A DNA stretch of 60,201 bases, the filler included, from Sphacelaria rigidula (Eukaryota): assembly GCA_964200075.2 (NCBI GenBank). It is 9 parts of 9 records of this genome, joined end to end, with 100 filler letters (N's around TTAATTAATTAA, not from the genome) between each part and the next. Parts side by side here need not be neighbours in the genome. Positions count along the whole stretch, not along the records: positions 1 to 6,601 come from CAXNAA020019128.1; positions 6,702 to 13,302 come from CAXNAA020019129.1; 7 more parts are not named here. One strand, 5' to 3'. Both the position numbers and the translations under genes were made by a program. The notes below the pieces were generated by a model. The model searched no databases, had not been told where the DNA came from, and saw nothing but the letters and a program-made list of their open reading frames with translations. This document shows, one piece after another, positions 1-13,302 of this stretch (position 1 is the first letter of the stretch; the number at the start of each line of letters is the position of its first letter).

Positions 1-70
1 ATGCGCCCACATATCCCGAAAGGGGTAGGCTGGCGCCCAGAATAAATGTGACGACAATACACACACACAC
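1..70 (+). repeat. Probable 3' tail of an interspersed retroelement (SINE/LINE) ending in AATAAA plus (AC)n
   Basis: AATAAA followed by an (AC)n tail at the contig start. The assignment is inference only. Confidence 0.3.
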
Positions 71-1679
71 TAAATCTCACGAAAACACTGTTCCTCGGGT
101 TTCGAGGGTTTCGTTGGATCTTGGGGAAGTAAGGCGTTGATTTCGCTCCATTTGCAGGTGACGTGAGAAAATCAATCTGGTGCAAGAAAAAAAACGGAAA
201 TAAGTGAAAGCCCCGTGTACGGTGAGCATCTGCTGTGAAATGAACCCATCTCTTTGGGGCAAGTACTTGAAGCCCAGTAGTACGTTCATCGGTATATAGA
301 TCGGCCGCCGTAGGGACACAAGCTCGAACAGCGACCGATTTATGAATACAGTATCCTTCGCGAAGTGTCGAACTCGGATTCCATGATTATCAGCAGGAGA
401 CAAGAAAGTTAAAGCATTCAATGTTTATCAAACCATGCCCCGTCTTGGAGTGATGATTTTTCCACAGCCTCGACAACAGATTATATTGTAAAAAAATGCA
501 CTGCGTACAGTATGACATATGTTGTCGATTGCATTAGCCGCAATAGTCGATACTGTACGCAGTACACTGTTTGACTGTGTATTCTGTTGCCCAGGGTGTG
601 GATTTCTCTCGGCACTTTGAAGGTGAAGTAGGTTTGGCTGTCTCTCAGCGTAGCAGGCCCAGATACGATACTGTACTTGAGAGACAATAAGAGACTCTAA
701 CTGGCTAAACGGGATTTGTACAGCAGGCGATTAAGGTCACATAATACATCGACAAATCAAGCACGCAGTGCTGTCAACGACGTGTCATATTATCGATCGA
801 CACGGCATAATAACTGTTTTCATGTCTTCTTGTATTCCGGAGCGTCGTACCTCCCCCATCATCCTCCAAGACATCGGCCGCCCGCCAAATAAAATACTAA
901 TATAAAACGTTACAAAACACCCCACCCCTGCACCACAACCACGCAACACCCAGAGAAACGACACTGCATTGCCCCTTGATTTTAAAGCAGCAGGAAAACA
1001 TATAATTAGCAGTAGCAGCAACAGTGGAACCAGAGCATACACACACCTGTATCTCAGCAGGAGAAGCACAAGGCTCCGGTCACCCAACTCTCTCTACGCC
1101 CTACCCCCCACCCGTCGATCGCCCCCCTCACCACCACCTTTAATTCAGTCACCGTGCTCATCGTTTTTCGCTGCCCAAGCGAACCACTAACGCCCACAGC
1201 TAATCACGAACAACAGATAGCGAAAGGCACGAAGCCCCCCTTGGCACTACCATTGATGTGCTCGCTGCTCACACGAACATTGATCTCTCTTGCAACCCCT
1301 CCCCCTCCCCCTCTCCCGCAGTCCAATTCACAGTACAGAACAAGAACATGAATCGAGAATGAAGATAAAAAAAAACATGAAAAAATGAGCCCTTTGTACG
1401 GCTCTGCACATGACATCAAAGGGTTGTGGTGGGCAACTGTTACCCCTCCCCTCCGCTCCCCGCCCCCCACATGTCCATGTGCGCAGTTCACGCAAGGGCC
1501 GTAATTTCCCATGAGACCCAACAGCTCAACAGCCTCAATTCCCTTTCATCTTTCCTCCACAGCGAGGAACGGGAATCGGAGTTGGGTGATCGATCCGCCG
1601 CTTGGGGTAGGGAAGGCACAAAGGGAGCAACCACACAAACAGCGCCGTAGTCATTAAAAAAATCACTGCTTCCATATAT

Positions 1680-4600
1680 CTAACGCTTTCCGCCCGCCGA
1701 GGCCGAGCTGGTCGTGACGAGCCCCAGCGTTTCCTCGCCCACTTTGCTTAGCCCGCATGTGACGCACACGCTGCCCTTGGCCGTGGGCTGGAAGGCAGAC
1801 GAGCAGTAGGGGCACTTGCTAGACGGGGACCCGCGGTAGATCGGCTTGAGCGCCAGGCAGTCCACCTCGAAGGGGTTTCGCTCGTCGTAGTCGAGGGAGT
1901 GCTCGTTGCGCGCCATTTGCTGAGATTTTTGCAGCACCTTCTGGGCCTGTTTTTGTTGTTATTTTCATCATAAGGAGGATGGGATTCGGGACAGAGGGGG
2001 AATTCGTTCATCGATATGACAACTAGTAGTTCGAATCTACAAGGGTAAGAGCGAAAAATCAACAAACAAACAAAATTAATCACAGCGTTGAGTAGAAACA
2101 AACAGGTTCACGGCACAGTGTTTCGCGTACGCATTGGCAACACGGTGTGGACGCCACTTTTCGAGTGGCTTTTCAAGTGGGATTGCAGTTACTGTGTATA
2201 GTCGATCTCAGCGGCGATCACAAAACACACCACGAGCGACTCCTCAGTCGGGTCAACCGCGTTTGATTCTTGGGGCATTTTGGCTTCTGTAATGTCCCGA
2301 GTGCCCATCTACTTCCCAAATCGGGATCACGCCTACGCAAATTATCGCGCATCTGCAGGTACTCCAAGGGTCTATCCCTCTTGACCCTCAGGGAGGGCCA
2401 TCCGGGTGTAATGGCCATTTCTTCAAGCGAAGAATAAACGCGATTCAAAAGATGAACCACCTTCGTGACCAGAGAGGTTTTAATACTCAAAATTGCCACT
2501 TGATCAATGCGTCAGCTGCAAAGTCCACCTTCGTTCGGAGGTCAGCGTGGCGTTCGCTGGATAGGTCGGGCAGCTCCAGCAAGCGCAGCGCAAAGCTGGC
2601 CGCGGTGATGAAGTTCTTGCCCTTGAAGGCGGAGGCCATCGCTAGGCGGAGGGCGAGGAGTAGGTGCGCCGGCTGCAGGTTGCAACACGTGAAGTACGCC
2701 AAGAGCTCCATGTTGCGGACCTAAATTTCACGAACAAGTAGGCGCATAACATGAACATTGAACAAGTACAAACATGATCAGCAGCAAAAAACGACGATTT
2801 CCTTTTGTGGTTCGAACGAGTATCATACACCACAGTAAAACATACTCTCGCGGTAGGCATTGCGTCATATTTCGTACATTACATAATCCCGCCAAGCTTG
2901 TGAAATGCCCATGATAAAGAAAGTCAGGCGGAATGAAATACCGCTATGATATCCACGAGACAAAAAGGAAACAGTGCTTCAATCTGATAGATAAACCTGG
3001 AGAGTAACTGAGGAGACATGGGAGACCGCAAACGGCACCAAATACCGGACTGGTATTGAAAAAAAAAGCAGAACAGGAGCGGGAAGGGAGTTGGCCTCTG
3101 CTACTGCGAAGAATCAACCGGCAACGTTCCCCCCGGCATGAATTAAGCGCGGGTGATCGACTTCAAGTTTCTCCTTTTTCGTCAGTATAACCCAGAACAA
3201 TAAGCTGTGGTGGAGACTCCCTTTCAACTTCGCAAACGACAGTAACTGTCCTCACAATCAACGCATCACCTGTAAGGGATGAGCGAGACCAATCGTTCGG
3301 GCTTACACCGCCTTCAAGTCATATGTATCGAATAGCAGTAGCTGAAGGCGGTGTGCAACGTGTTGTGCACATCTTCACGCGACAAAAAAGCACTGCTGCC
3401 GCCACAGTTGAAAAAAAAACACCAAAAAACGGCGGTTAGACAGTGCTCTGTAATGATTCGCCACAATTAGAGGCAAAAACAGTCCTACACCATCCCACCC
3501 CCGTCCGGACTTCGATGTTCGAGTGCCCTACCGTGTCCGTGGTCTCCGCCACCGCTGCCTTAATCCGGATGGCTGTAACATACTCGCGGCAGATAGACAG
3601 CAGCTGTCACGAGCGGACAAAAAAAGAGCAAACAATCGCAAACAAACGTCAACACGTGGCGGCGAAGCAGCAAGAGGGTACCTCCTCAGACATCGTGGAA
3701 ATGGTGACAAAGCGCAAACGTCGAATGTCGTCTTCGCCGCTATCCTTCCTCTCCCTGATCGACCTTCGCGCTCGTATTTTCCCAACTCAGTGAATAAAAA
3801 AACGCGAACAGATACAACGCCTCCCCCCCGCCCACCTCCCCTCCCCTTCTCCCCCATTTCCGTAGTCCCTAGAAAAAAAATACCACTAGTATTTGACGCG
3901 TAACGTAGAGGCGTTGAATGACCAGGCAGATACGCGCGCACAACGCAAGACGCATCTCACGCTTCCAACAAGCAAACCCTGACAAACTCTGCGGTGATGT
4001 CTCAATTGCACGCCCTGGACAAATTATGGTCATTATGGTCATCATTATATAACAGTTGTTTTAGACAAATATATGGCGTCGAGTATAGGCCTATTGCAAC
4101 TTTTGTCGTCCTATACCTATGCAGTACATTTCTGTCTATTGCAACTACTGACCATACACTGTCCAGGGTGTGATTAGTTGCTGTACACGAGGACAAAATT
4201 CCACGAAACAAAAAGCCTGCCAACTCTCATGACACCTCCACACCAATGATAATTGCACCTCTGGGGGGCAGGTGTTCACATCTCTCAAAGCTCTGCGGTC
4301 ATTTTCATTTACGCTGCAACCGTTTCTATACACTCGGCCATTTATTTCTATGCTTTGCTTGTAATCAATGTGCTGACAAGCCGGGCGTGGCGATATCTTC
4401 ACCCATACACGGGGGCCAGCCACAGTGTGTCCGTCTTTACACACTAGATTGTCACCATAGCTGGCTTCGAAGCACACCAAATCATGCACAATCGCATCAA
4501 TCGAAACAAAATCGAATCAAACCATAGCGCTCGAGAGGTCCTACTCCCATCACACGAGGCCCTCCAGTACGCCTAGCGCAGTAGTCATACTCTAGCTTCG

Positions 4601-6226
4601 AAACAGCGACAAGGAGGGGGCGGGGGGGTTGCACACTGTACCGTACCTCCTTGAGCTGGCTTCCTTCCGCCCTTGATTCTCCGATGACAAGCGGTACCGC
4701 TCTGAGTATGAAGTCGAACTCCTGCCTTGACTCCCCGAAATTTCCCACAGTAAACGCTTTGTATCCCGCCTTCAGTCGCTCCACCAGGGCGGACAGCTTC
4801 AGGGAGATAGCCGGCAGCGTGTTCTGGAACGAAAACACAAGCGATGATACAACCACACCCGACACGACAGACTAAAGCAACAGAATTGATAGCAGCAGAA
4901 CCAGCCTCAGCAACATCACCAGCAATACGAGACCAGCTTCCACTAAACAAAACGCCTGTCGACTCCCCTCACACCTCCACGTCCATAATGATTGCACCTC
5001 TGGGCGGCGGATGTTCACATCCCTCAATCCTCTGCGGTCAGTTTCATGTACGCTTAAACCATTTTTGTACACTGCGCTGACAAGCCAGGGGGGCATAGTT
5101 TGATTGATTTGATCGTCGCACTTTAACTGAAAAGGGTACACTGAAGGCATTTCAAACCACGCCACCAAGCAATGGGAGGCCCATATTGCGGTCGCCGAGT
5201 ATCAGGCCGGGTCTTGCATTATATTAGGGCTGGAATATTCTCCGGGTATGACTAGAACCCTATACCACACTGCAGGGCCCCCGAAATATGTGGCCCGGGC
5301 TTGAGGCCGAGTCCTAACATAGAGCCGGATTCTTTCACGTGGACATTTCAGCAGTCTGAGCGGAATTCGAACAGCTCGGTATCCCGTGAACAGACACCAG
5401 ACACCACAACACACCTTTTCTGGATTCTTCTCCGCGGCATTTCTCTGCAACCACGATCGCATGCTCGGCATGGCGTTCAAGCCCGGTAGGGCCGTCTGCG
5501 CCCCTGTGTACAAGGCCATGAAGTGACCCCTCAGAGACTCAAAGTTCACCACCGCAATCTGGCGGTTAAGCAGCTGCATCGCCCCCTGTTCCGCGCCCAA
5601 CAGAAACGCCAGAAGACAGGAAAACGGTCACAACGAACGGACAGCTTTGTGCGAAATACACGTTGCGATGCTGTACTCTTTCTCAATAAGATAGAGACAA
5701 CTTCCCTGCCGAGGCAAAACAGCCCATGTTCTCAGTGCCCCACAGTCCCCTTCCATCCCATACTCCTCTCCGTTCTCCCTCCCCATCCGCCATTCTTGGC
5801 CCGTACATCAACCCTGTTTCGTTCCCACGGCACCCTCCATTCCCCCCTGCCCCCCTTTTCCGCTCCAATACTCCGACCCGGCGAAAATCTCCGACTATAC
5901 TCTCCGCCTGAACGCGGTATAAAGAAGAATTCCAAATAAGCATGCACCCTCCTATCCGCGCCTTCCTCTCCTCCAGAAGGCCCATAAAATTGTGGATCTA
6001 ACCCCTTGAGAACCTGCAACTAGCGAAACATGACCCAAAGCCAGAAGGCCTACGGGCAGTGGAGCATGACCGAGACTTACCTGGAAGTCGCCGGCAGCCG
6101 CGTGGTCGGCCGCATGTGACGAGTTGTCCACCCACAGCGTTGGCAAAGAACGTCCGGCCGGCGGCATGGCGAAGTCCGACATGTCTGACGGGGCCGCCTT
6201 GCCCCTCGCTGCCGCCCGACTGTCCA
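1680..6226 (-). CDS. COPA: Coatomer subunit alpha (alpha-COP), C-terminal six exons, 5'-partial
   Basis: GT-AG exons 6226-6081, 5585-5415, 4823-4647, 3603-3532, 2720-2529 and 1946-1680 (TAG); internal junctions all phase 0. Spliced protein includes [104 protein letters not shown] and [11 protein letters not shown]...[16 protein letters not shown]...[10 protein letters not shown], which are hallmark COPI alpha C-terminal motifs. Confidence 0.95.
4199..5095. repeat. Two diverged direct copies of a ~150-190-bp repeat in adjacent COPA introns (~4200-4390 and ~4940-5092)
   Basis: Shared string cacctccac...atgat(a)attgcacctctggg.ggc.g.tgttcacatc.ctcaa..ctctgcggtca.tttcat.tacgct, ending in gctgacaagcc in both copies. 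Confidence 0.75.
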
Positions 6227-6531
6227 CTGCATGGTAAAACGCGACAAAGTCAGCCCCAGTGACAAGCGAGCGAAACAAGTCGAAAATGACGCACGGCAAA
6301 GCATACGTCAGCAGGAACAGGAGAAACGGATCTTCAACATGGCGCGGATGGTTAGCGAATCTTCCGCGTTGCCAACCACTCTTGATTACTTTGTTGAGCT
6401 CAAGAATGAGCTTACCATCCCCCATCCGATTCCAAGCAAAAAAGGAATCCTCCGCACATACAGACGATAAACAAATTCACATGACTCACTTCGAAATGAC
6501 TACCCCCTCTTGCCCATGTACAGGAAACTGC

Positions 6532-6596
<65 letters not shown>

Positions 6597-6601
6597 ACCC
6601 C

Positions 6602-6701
6602 NNNNNNNNNNNNNNNNNNNNNNNNNNNNNNNNNNNNNNNNNNNNTTAATTAATTAANNNNNNNNNNNNNNNNNNNNNNNNNNNNNNNNNNNNNNNNNNN
6701 N
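6602..6701. other. Artificial contig-joining linker (N44-TTAATTAATTAA-N44)
   Basis: Identical 100-bp linker, with stops in all six frames, at 6602-6701, 13303-13402, 20004-20103, 26704-26803, 33404-33503, 40104-40203, 46804-46903 and 53503-53602. Segment lengths are 6601, 6601, 6601, 6600, 6600, 6600, 6600, 6599, 6599 bp, i.e. a length-sorted draft assembly. Confidence 0.98.
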
Positions 6702-9131
6702 CCTACGTCTGTGACCACGGGTTCGCGAGATCGGACTAATGTGCGGAAATAATAATAATAATCATCATAACCAGCCTCCTTACGTGCGGGGCCTTCAGTG
6801 CATACATCCCCGAAAACCACTCCGAAGACATGATGAGGCCGAAAAAAAGCCTGTGATATGACATCGCAAGAGGTCACGTCAACGATACATTTTTCTGGGG
6901 AAGGAAAACGCATGACTCTCGCAATCTAGCGCCGGATGTGTTTGCTTTTTCCAGGGAGTAGCATATTGGAAGAGCCTGCACAAGTACCGGTGTCCCTTTC
7001 AAAACGCACCATGTCCGCGGGGAGAACACCTGCCCTCAACATTCGATACTCCGATGGTATGACCACTGTATTCCTCGCAGCGGAGGGAAGTTTAGGCCGA
7101 AAAACCGTTCGAGAATATCCCGCTGCTGCCTACATCAATTCGCTCGATGCGCCGGCGTCGTTCGATACCCAACAAATCCTGGGACTTCGTATGGGAGAAA
7201 AGCCGACAGGAAATCGCGCCCGCTGACCCCTCCATGGCCCCCACCGCGGGCACATCTGCAGATATAGCACGGAGATGTCAAGCGCATAATGTGAAGGACA
7301 ACCGATCCTTCCATGACGCCACAGTACATCCTGCGGTGTATATGATCTCCATCCATCCGCAATACAACCCCTGGCGGCCCCACAGTCTGGGTTCGCCGCT
7401 GTTGGTGCACCTGGGGCTGAATGTAGCGCACACGGTGATGAAAAGACGCAAAGAGGGTTCGCGAGCCAGAGTCGTGGTCCTTTCGAGAGCCAGATTCCAA
7501 TACCATGCACGACGGTCACACTGTGCTCCCCTTATCTCACAAAATCACAGATTGCAACATTATAATTACTGCAACCCCCCCGCAGCCCCATCAATCCAAC
7601 TTCATATCAAACGGAAGAAGAATTATCTGGATTGCGGTCGATGCACGGGCCTGGGGATCATAATAAACGAGAGGGGACAGAGGCGCATGACTGTCGACGC
7701 GAACCTGCTTTGCCGAAGCTCTTGGTATCATACCTGTGCGTTGACCACTTTCTCACACATCGTTCATCCGGTCAAAGTACAATTCCAATACGTTCTCGCC
7801 CGTGTCCCCGTACGAAGCAAATGACTCCTCCAATGACGTGCTGCTACGGCACTCACAGTTTTCATCCGAAGTCGTCTCTGTTTCGTCGCCGCTGTCACCC
7901 CCGGGATCCACGTCATTCGCCATCACCAATTGCAACCCTTCTTGCGCGTCGATGGCCGGGTTGCACCGCCCCTTGCACCCACGCAGTATGGGATGTCAAT
8001 CTTCATTTCTCCCAAGCTTGGCGCATTTGCAGTTGCGGTTGCACCTGTGTTTCTTCGCCGCCGATGGGTTACACCCGCGCAGGAGACGATTGATCCTCCC
8101 CGTAGGGTCGATGCGTGCGTGTCCCGATGAGTTGACGACAACATTGGCCTTTGTCATGGGCGTTTGCGCGTTTCTGCCGTCGTACTCCAACCGCAATTGT
8201 TGAAGACCACGCCCGCTTTCCATAGCGTTATAGTCTTTTGTGGACCCCTTCTGGATGAACATGTGCGCAGTCTCCTGCGGCACGCGCTTCTCAGGTTTGA
8301 GTACGTGAAAGACGATTGCATCGCGGGGTGTGTACCGCCGGCTCCGTAAGTGATGATGCGTGCGACGGTCAGAGGCGGTCGGGCACATTCGACAATTGAA
8401 GAGCAAGATGATGGGCGACAGGATTGAGTCGCACGCGAAGTAGTTGCTTCTTGGTCCATCTGTAATTTTTTGCAGCTCAATTTTTAGCATTGTGATTGGT
8501 ACCCAGCATGAAAAACCACAGAGATATGCTGAATGAAAGAAAAAGGACCCTAATTTTTTTGGGCGGGAGAAGTTTGGGCTTCTCGTACAACAATAGTCGT
8601 TTCCATACTGAAACGCCCTAAACCAGCGGGAAAAAAGCAACCGGACCCAGTTTGTTTCGTTAATTATGCCCTAGCGAGGGCCCAAAAAAACGTTCAGCAC
8701 ACAAACACCAAACGTGGGCCGGCAAGTGGCCTGCAAAACACTGTTCCGAATTTCTACCGACCGACCCCGTCATTGAACGGCCCATTAACCGGCCAATACT
8801 TAGTGTTGGAGCCTGAACTTTGGTATGGACAATGCATAGGGCATACTAAACGAATACTAGTGCACACGAGTTTTTTTTATTGTTTTACCTTTTTTGTCCT
8901 TCGTCAGAGAGCTGGTCTATCGCCGTGGGATCCCCACGGCGCGTGTCCATGATCATGGAGCTGCGAAAAACACGGAACAATGAAGGCAGACACGATTGCG
9001 CGAATGAGGGTGACTGTCATCATCACCCATGTGCTGCCGATCCGTCTCTGCAGCTCAGCTGCGTTCACACATGGACATTCAGCATGTATGATATCCGCCA
9101 TAACCCACACATTCACGACACCGGAACCAGG

Positions 9132-9336
9132 CAAGGGCAGGTCGAGTAGAGTATACTTGATTGCGGGGTATTTCGAAAGTCGTACTTAAGGTACACTAAT
9201 TGGGGGTAGAATTTCAGGAATCGCTTTCCAGCTATTTTTCGGGTACGACTCCCAATACTCTACCCTAACTTGAGTACACCAAGTACGTCTTTCAAAATAT
9301 CCTGCAATTGAGTATACTCTACTTGGCCTGCCCTTG
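9132..9336. mobile_element. Foldback MITE (~205 bp), CAAGGG...CCCTTG termini, imperfect 8-bp TSD (hAT/P-type)
   Basis: Arm 9132-9187 matches the reverse complement of 9281-9336 at 48/56 positions without gaps. Flanks are GAACCAGG (9124-9131) and GAACCAAG (9337-9344). Confidence 0.8.
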
Positions 9337-9791
9337 GAACCAAGTCATTCATTGGGGGATAATGGAGGCGATGTGTTTGCGCCTGAGAACAACAGCGTGA
9401 GGATAACATAAGGCCTGAACCATCGTTGGTTACTGGCGTGCTCCGCGCGGAGGGAGGCGGGCACCCCGTAGAATATCAAACAGACAGTTATATACAAGTA
9501 GGTCTCCACGAACACGGTATTCAACTCTAATACAGTGCTTTTCCCACACTTGTAGGGACTCTTCGGGTTGTCGTCATGCTCCTTATTCGCATATATACTT
9601 TGTTGGAGCGTTTTACCGACGCCGTGAACTTCCGCCGTTTAGCGAACCACTCATACTTTTCGTTGATATCTTGAGGGGGGTGGGGTATGAGGGGTGGGCG
9701 AGGATTTTGCCCAGCGATGGAAGCTCACAGAGGCGGTAAACCGCCGTGAATAAGTACCTTTGCGATGGAGGAGCATGATGCCGACGCAACA

Positions 9792-10122
9792 AGTCCATAC
9801 GTCGGACGAGTCATCACTCGTCGAGACGAATGCACTCGTGGATGTTTTTCGAACACTCAACGAGCATGACTCGTGCGCTCGAGTCATTCCTCTTTTTTAC
9901 AACGAGCAATGACTCGTATGCTCCAGCCATCACCTTTTTCCACAACGAGCGATGACGCGAGTGCTTGCCCTATTCATTTTTCCACAACGAGCAATGACTC
10001 GAGTGCTCGACCTATTCGTTTTTTGCACAACTATCAATGACTCGAGTGCTTGCCCTATTCATTTTTCGGCCAACGAGTGCGAGTGCCACGAGTGACACTC
10101 GTGCTCGTGTGACGTATGAACC
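9792..10122. mobile_element. MITE-like element with imperfect TIRs and an internal ~40-bp tandem array
   Basis: Left end agtccatacgtcggacgag versus reverse complement of right end ggttcatacgtcacacgag. About five internal units of tttttccacaacgagcaatgactcgagtgct(c/t)gccctattc. Confidence 0.65.
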
Positions 10123-10449
10123 AGTCATCGTAAGTGTTGGGAAAGCACTATTTTTGGGCTGGAGCGTCATTTTTGCGGCCAACCTCTTCTCAACAATCGG
10201 CTGTTGTGAAGGTGGACGTCGGGACACGCTGAGATAATGCCCCACCCCTTTAGACTGCGTTCTCATCACGAGCACAGCCGACATAATGACGCAGGCTTCA
10301 CATATCAGCTGCCTGACTAGTGTGGTCTAGCGCCAGGACACCGGTGGTTGCGTCGCCCGCTGCACACGTGCTTAGGGTTAGGCCGACATTACAGCTAGCA
10401 GCAATTATGGCACACCTCAACAGACCGCACGGCACGGGCGCTGCAAATA

Positions 10450-12250
10450 ACATGGGCGGATCGGGGTGCAACGCGTGTTGCAGCCCGATACCGACGGTGT
10501 CGGCTTGCGTGGTCACCCTCCCTGTGGGTCAATCAACGTGCCCTGAAGGTGTCCGTGTACAGTAGAGTGCACAGTATCGCGGGTTGGCCTGTATTCCTTT
10601 TCCTGCGACCATTACTCCGCGTATAACAATGTTGGAGAGGCACTTGTCGTGCATGCGCGACGCGGTCGACACATGTAAGGATTCGCCTCATCAAGGTAGC
10701 CTTGATACAATCGCAGCCAGTCCGCTCGAGGATCTCGATCGAGATGCGGTTGAACGTTACGGTCTGCGCTGCCGAGAAAAACAAATCGAGGGCAATTACG
10801 CAGCCCTGGCGGGGGCCCTAGCTAACGTCAACCCACTCTGAAATCTCGCCGCTGCCAATGACGCACCCACGCCTGCATGGCATCGTGGAACTGTCGGATC
10901 ATGGACTGCATCTTGGTGGGGATTCCGTATTGTGCTAGCACCATCACAAGAAGGGAGCGATCGACTGAGTCGTACGCGTTCCGGAGGTTGATAAAGCGCA
11001 CGTACAGCGGATGGTTCCTCCCTCTGGCCAGTTCTTGGAGTCTGCGCACAACATGCGTCATGTCGACTGTCGACCGGCCGAGTCGGAAACCGCACTAAGC
11101 TTCTCGTGGGATTATCTTCTTCTCGCAGTTGGCACTGAGGCGAATCGCTGCTACCTTGAGAACCACCTTACCCGTGTGAGCCGCTAGCGAAATACCGCTG
11201 TGGTTGCCGCCTTCGGGCAGATTCTTTTCCTCGAACAGCACCTTGATGGCAGCGTGTTCCCATCCCTGTGGCACTACGTTCTGACGCAACACTGTGAGCA
11301 CGACGTTGTAAAAGCACTTCAATACGGCAGTCCTCTGTGAGGCCGAGTTTCAGCAGTTCACCCCATAGGTTGTCAGCCCCAACGACCTTGCCGGTCGCCA
11401 GCTTTCCCACTGCTTCGTTCAGGTCTTCCTTCCAGGGCTCGGCCGCAGGCAGTGCGTACTCCCGCGTTTGTCCGATGTAATCGATGACAGGGGGATCGAG
11501 CGTAGGCAATTCTTCGTTGAACCATGTCTCATACGACTCTTTTCACCGAAGCAGTATGTCTTGTTGTCCTGCAACAGCTTGCCAGACGCGCTCCTGATGT
11601 AGGTTGAGTCACGCGCCTTCTCCATTTCCAAGTTCAAGGACTTTGTGTTTTGGTACAGCCCTGCCCCGTCCTTTCTGTGGATCAACTCCGCTGTCGTGGC
11701 GGTTAGCTCGAATAGGTACTTCTGCAGTTCGGCGTTCTTCCCCGCATGAATGCCGTGCCTTTCACCTTCAGCGCTTTCTCAGACCAAGGTCGCGGGGGCT
11801 TGGGCATAGCTTTTTCCATACATGTTCCCTGTCGCCCCACGCCTGTCGGAGACATGCATGAGCCTGTGGCGACTCACTCCCATCTTAAGATGGGGGTTCA
11901 TCGGTCAGCGAGGGACTCAATCGGTGGCCGTCTGTCGCATGGTATTTGCGAAGGCAGAGTACACACGGTTGGCGTCCACAACTGTGGTAGAGTTGGTGGC
12001 ATTTGGGATCTTGGCAACAACGGCCTGCGATATGATCGCTCTCCAATACGGGGGGATGTGAGGAGTTTCCGGTCGAAGCACATTCCGCTACCCACACCTT
12101 CCGCTTGTTGCCGGCGCGCGCCGTGCAAGGTATCTGTTTCGCATACAAACACTACAGAACAAATACGGTACACTATTCTGCAGCAGTACGCAGTATCATC
12201 TAGGTGGAATAGTTTCCCGTTTGGATCTGGATCGCCACAAGCGCGTCATC
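10450..12250 (-). mobile_element. Degenerate RTE-like non-LTR retrotransposon (EN-linker-RT remnants)
   Basis: Frameshifted or stop-interrupted RT motifs: GISLAAHTGKVVLKV, CGFRLGRSTVDMTHVVRRLQELAR, FINLRNAYDSVDRSLL, IRQFHDAMQAWVR. Most of the distal RT is deleted. Confidence 0.85.
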
Positions 12251-13155
12251 TTCGTTAGTGACTCTTGGTCTGCAATTACTTTCCTGTGAGTGCGAAGGCT
12301 GACGACCACTGCTATAACACGTACCTAAGCTGCTCGAAAACAGACAAGAAGAATCACTGGTATGATGGTTAGTTTACAAGCAAAAGGCATTTCTTGTCAT
12401 GAGTGGTGAAGAGGGGGGGTACCCATAACGCTCGTTGTCAAGAAAAGGTACATAGCCACCTGAAGCGGAAGCCTTCTCCGTCAGTCATGAAGTTCAGTGC
12501 TGAATCCATGGTGTTTCGTTCAGTAACTTGAAGGTCGTGGATCAACAGCAGAGAGTTTCGAAACCCACGTGAGGTGAAAACAGCTGGCTAGGAGCCTTCT
12601 GAGGCCACCTGCGGCACTATATATTTATGTGCATCCTTTTTCGGCCTAAGTGTGTGTGGGGTGGGTAATGTATCTCATTGTTGTGTGATCCTTCACTGAC
12701 TAGACGTTTTTCGCACATATCAACAGGAACGAGCCGCAGTGTTCATCGAGATATAACGATGTTACTGCGCCGCCAGGTGAACAATCTACGACCTGTAAAA
12801 ACAGGCCCACAGTGCACAGCCTGTGCAGTATGTTGAACAGTGTAATTCATATGGTACATCACAGCCAAGGCAGCTCTCAAAGCACACCACTCGCGGAGCA
12901 CGCAGCACCACCTAATAGCACGGCCTCATCAACACACTACCGCACACATGGCAGTGCCTGATATTGACGTTTACTAGGAGCCAATGCTCACGTCGATAGC
13001 ATGCGCGATAAATGGGAGCTACCCCTTTTCCTTCAAGCTACGTGACCGCTGGTGCTTGCTCTGGTGGTGCAGCACTTGAGTCTTTTTCTTGTGTGCTGCC
13101 GCCGCTGCTGTAGTCGTACTGTCTGTGTTCAGCAGCTCGCTGTCGCTGTCGGCGT

Positions 13156-13186
<31 letters not shown>

Positions 13187-13238
13187 TCCCTCACACTTTG
13201 AACCCCTCCCCTTCCTCGGAATGAGTACGTGATCTCGA

Positions 13239-13302
13239 GGGATCAACCCATCTCTCCCCGGTACGTGCCTTTGATTTTGGTCTCGCGGACTGGGTCAGCA
13301 CT
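13239..13302 (+). repeat. Interspersed repeat fragment also present inverted at ~39100-39171
   Basis: agggatcaaccca.ctctcccc(c)ggtac..gcct...tttggtctcgc.ga.t is found in two unrelated contigs. Confidence 0.65.

Noticed and set aside
3305..3354. 12-bp perfect inverted repeat (acaccgccttca/tgaaggcggtgt) in a COPA intron
   Set aside because: Too short and single-copy in this window to assign a function.
6534..6601. Poly-C/poly-G runs as G-quadruplex or poly-Pro features
   Set aside because: They cluster at contig ends and gaps, where sequence and assembly are unreliable.
6702..8480. Several 100-225 aa ORFs, possibly a decayed TE or endogenous viral fragment
   Set aside because: No motif I can identify with confidence and no consistent splice pattern; needs a translated search.
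9860..10075. CRISPR-like short repeat array
   Set aside because: Units are tandem without unique spacers, there are no cas genes, and the context is eukaryotic.
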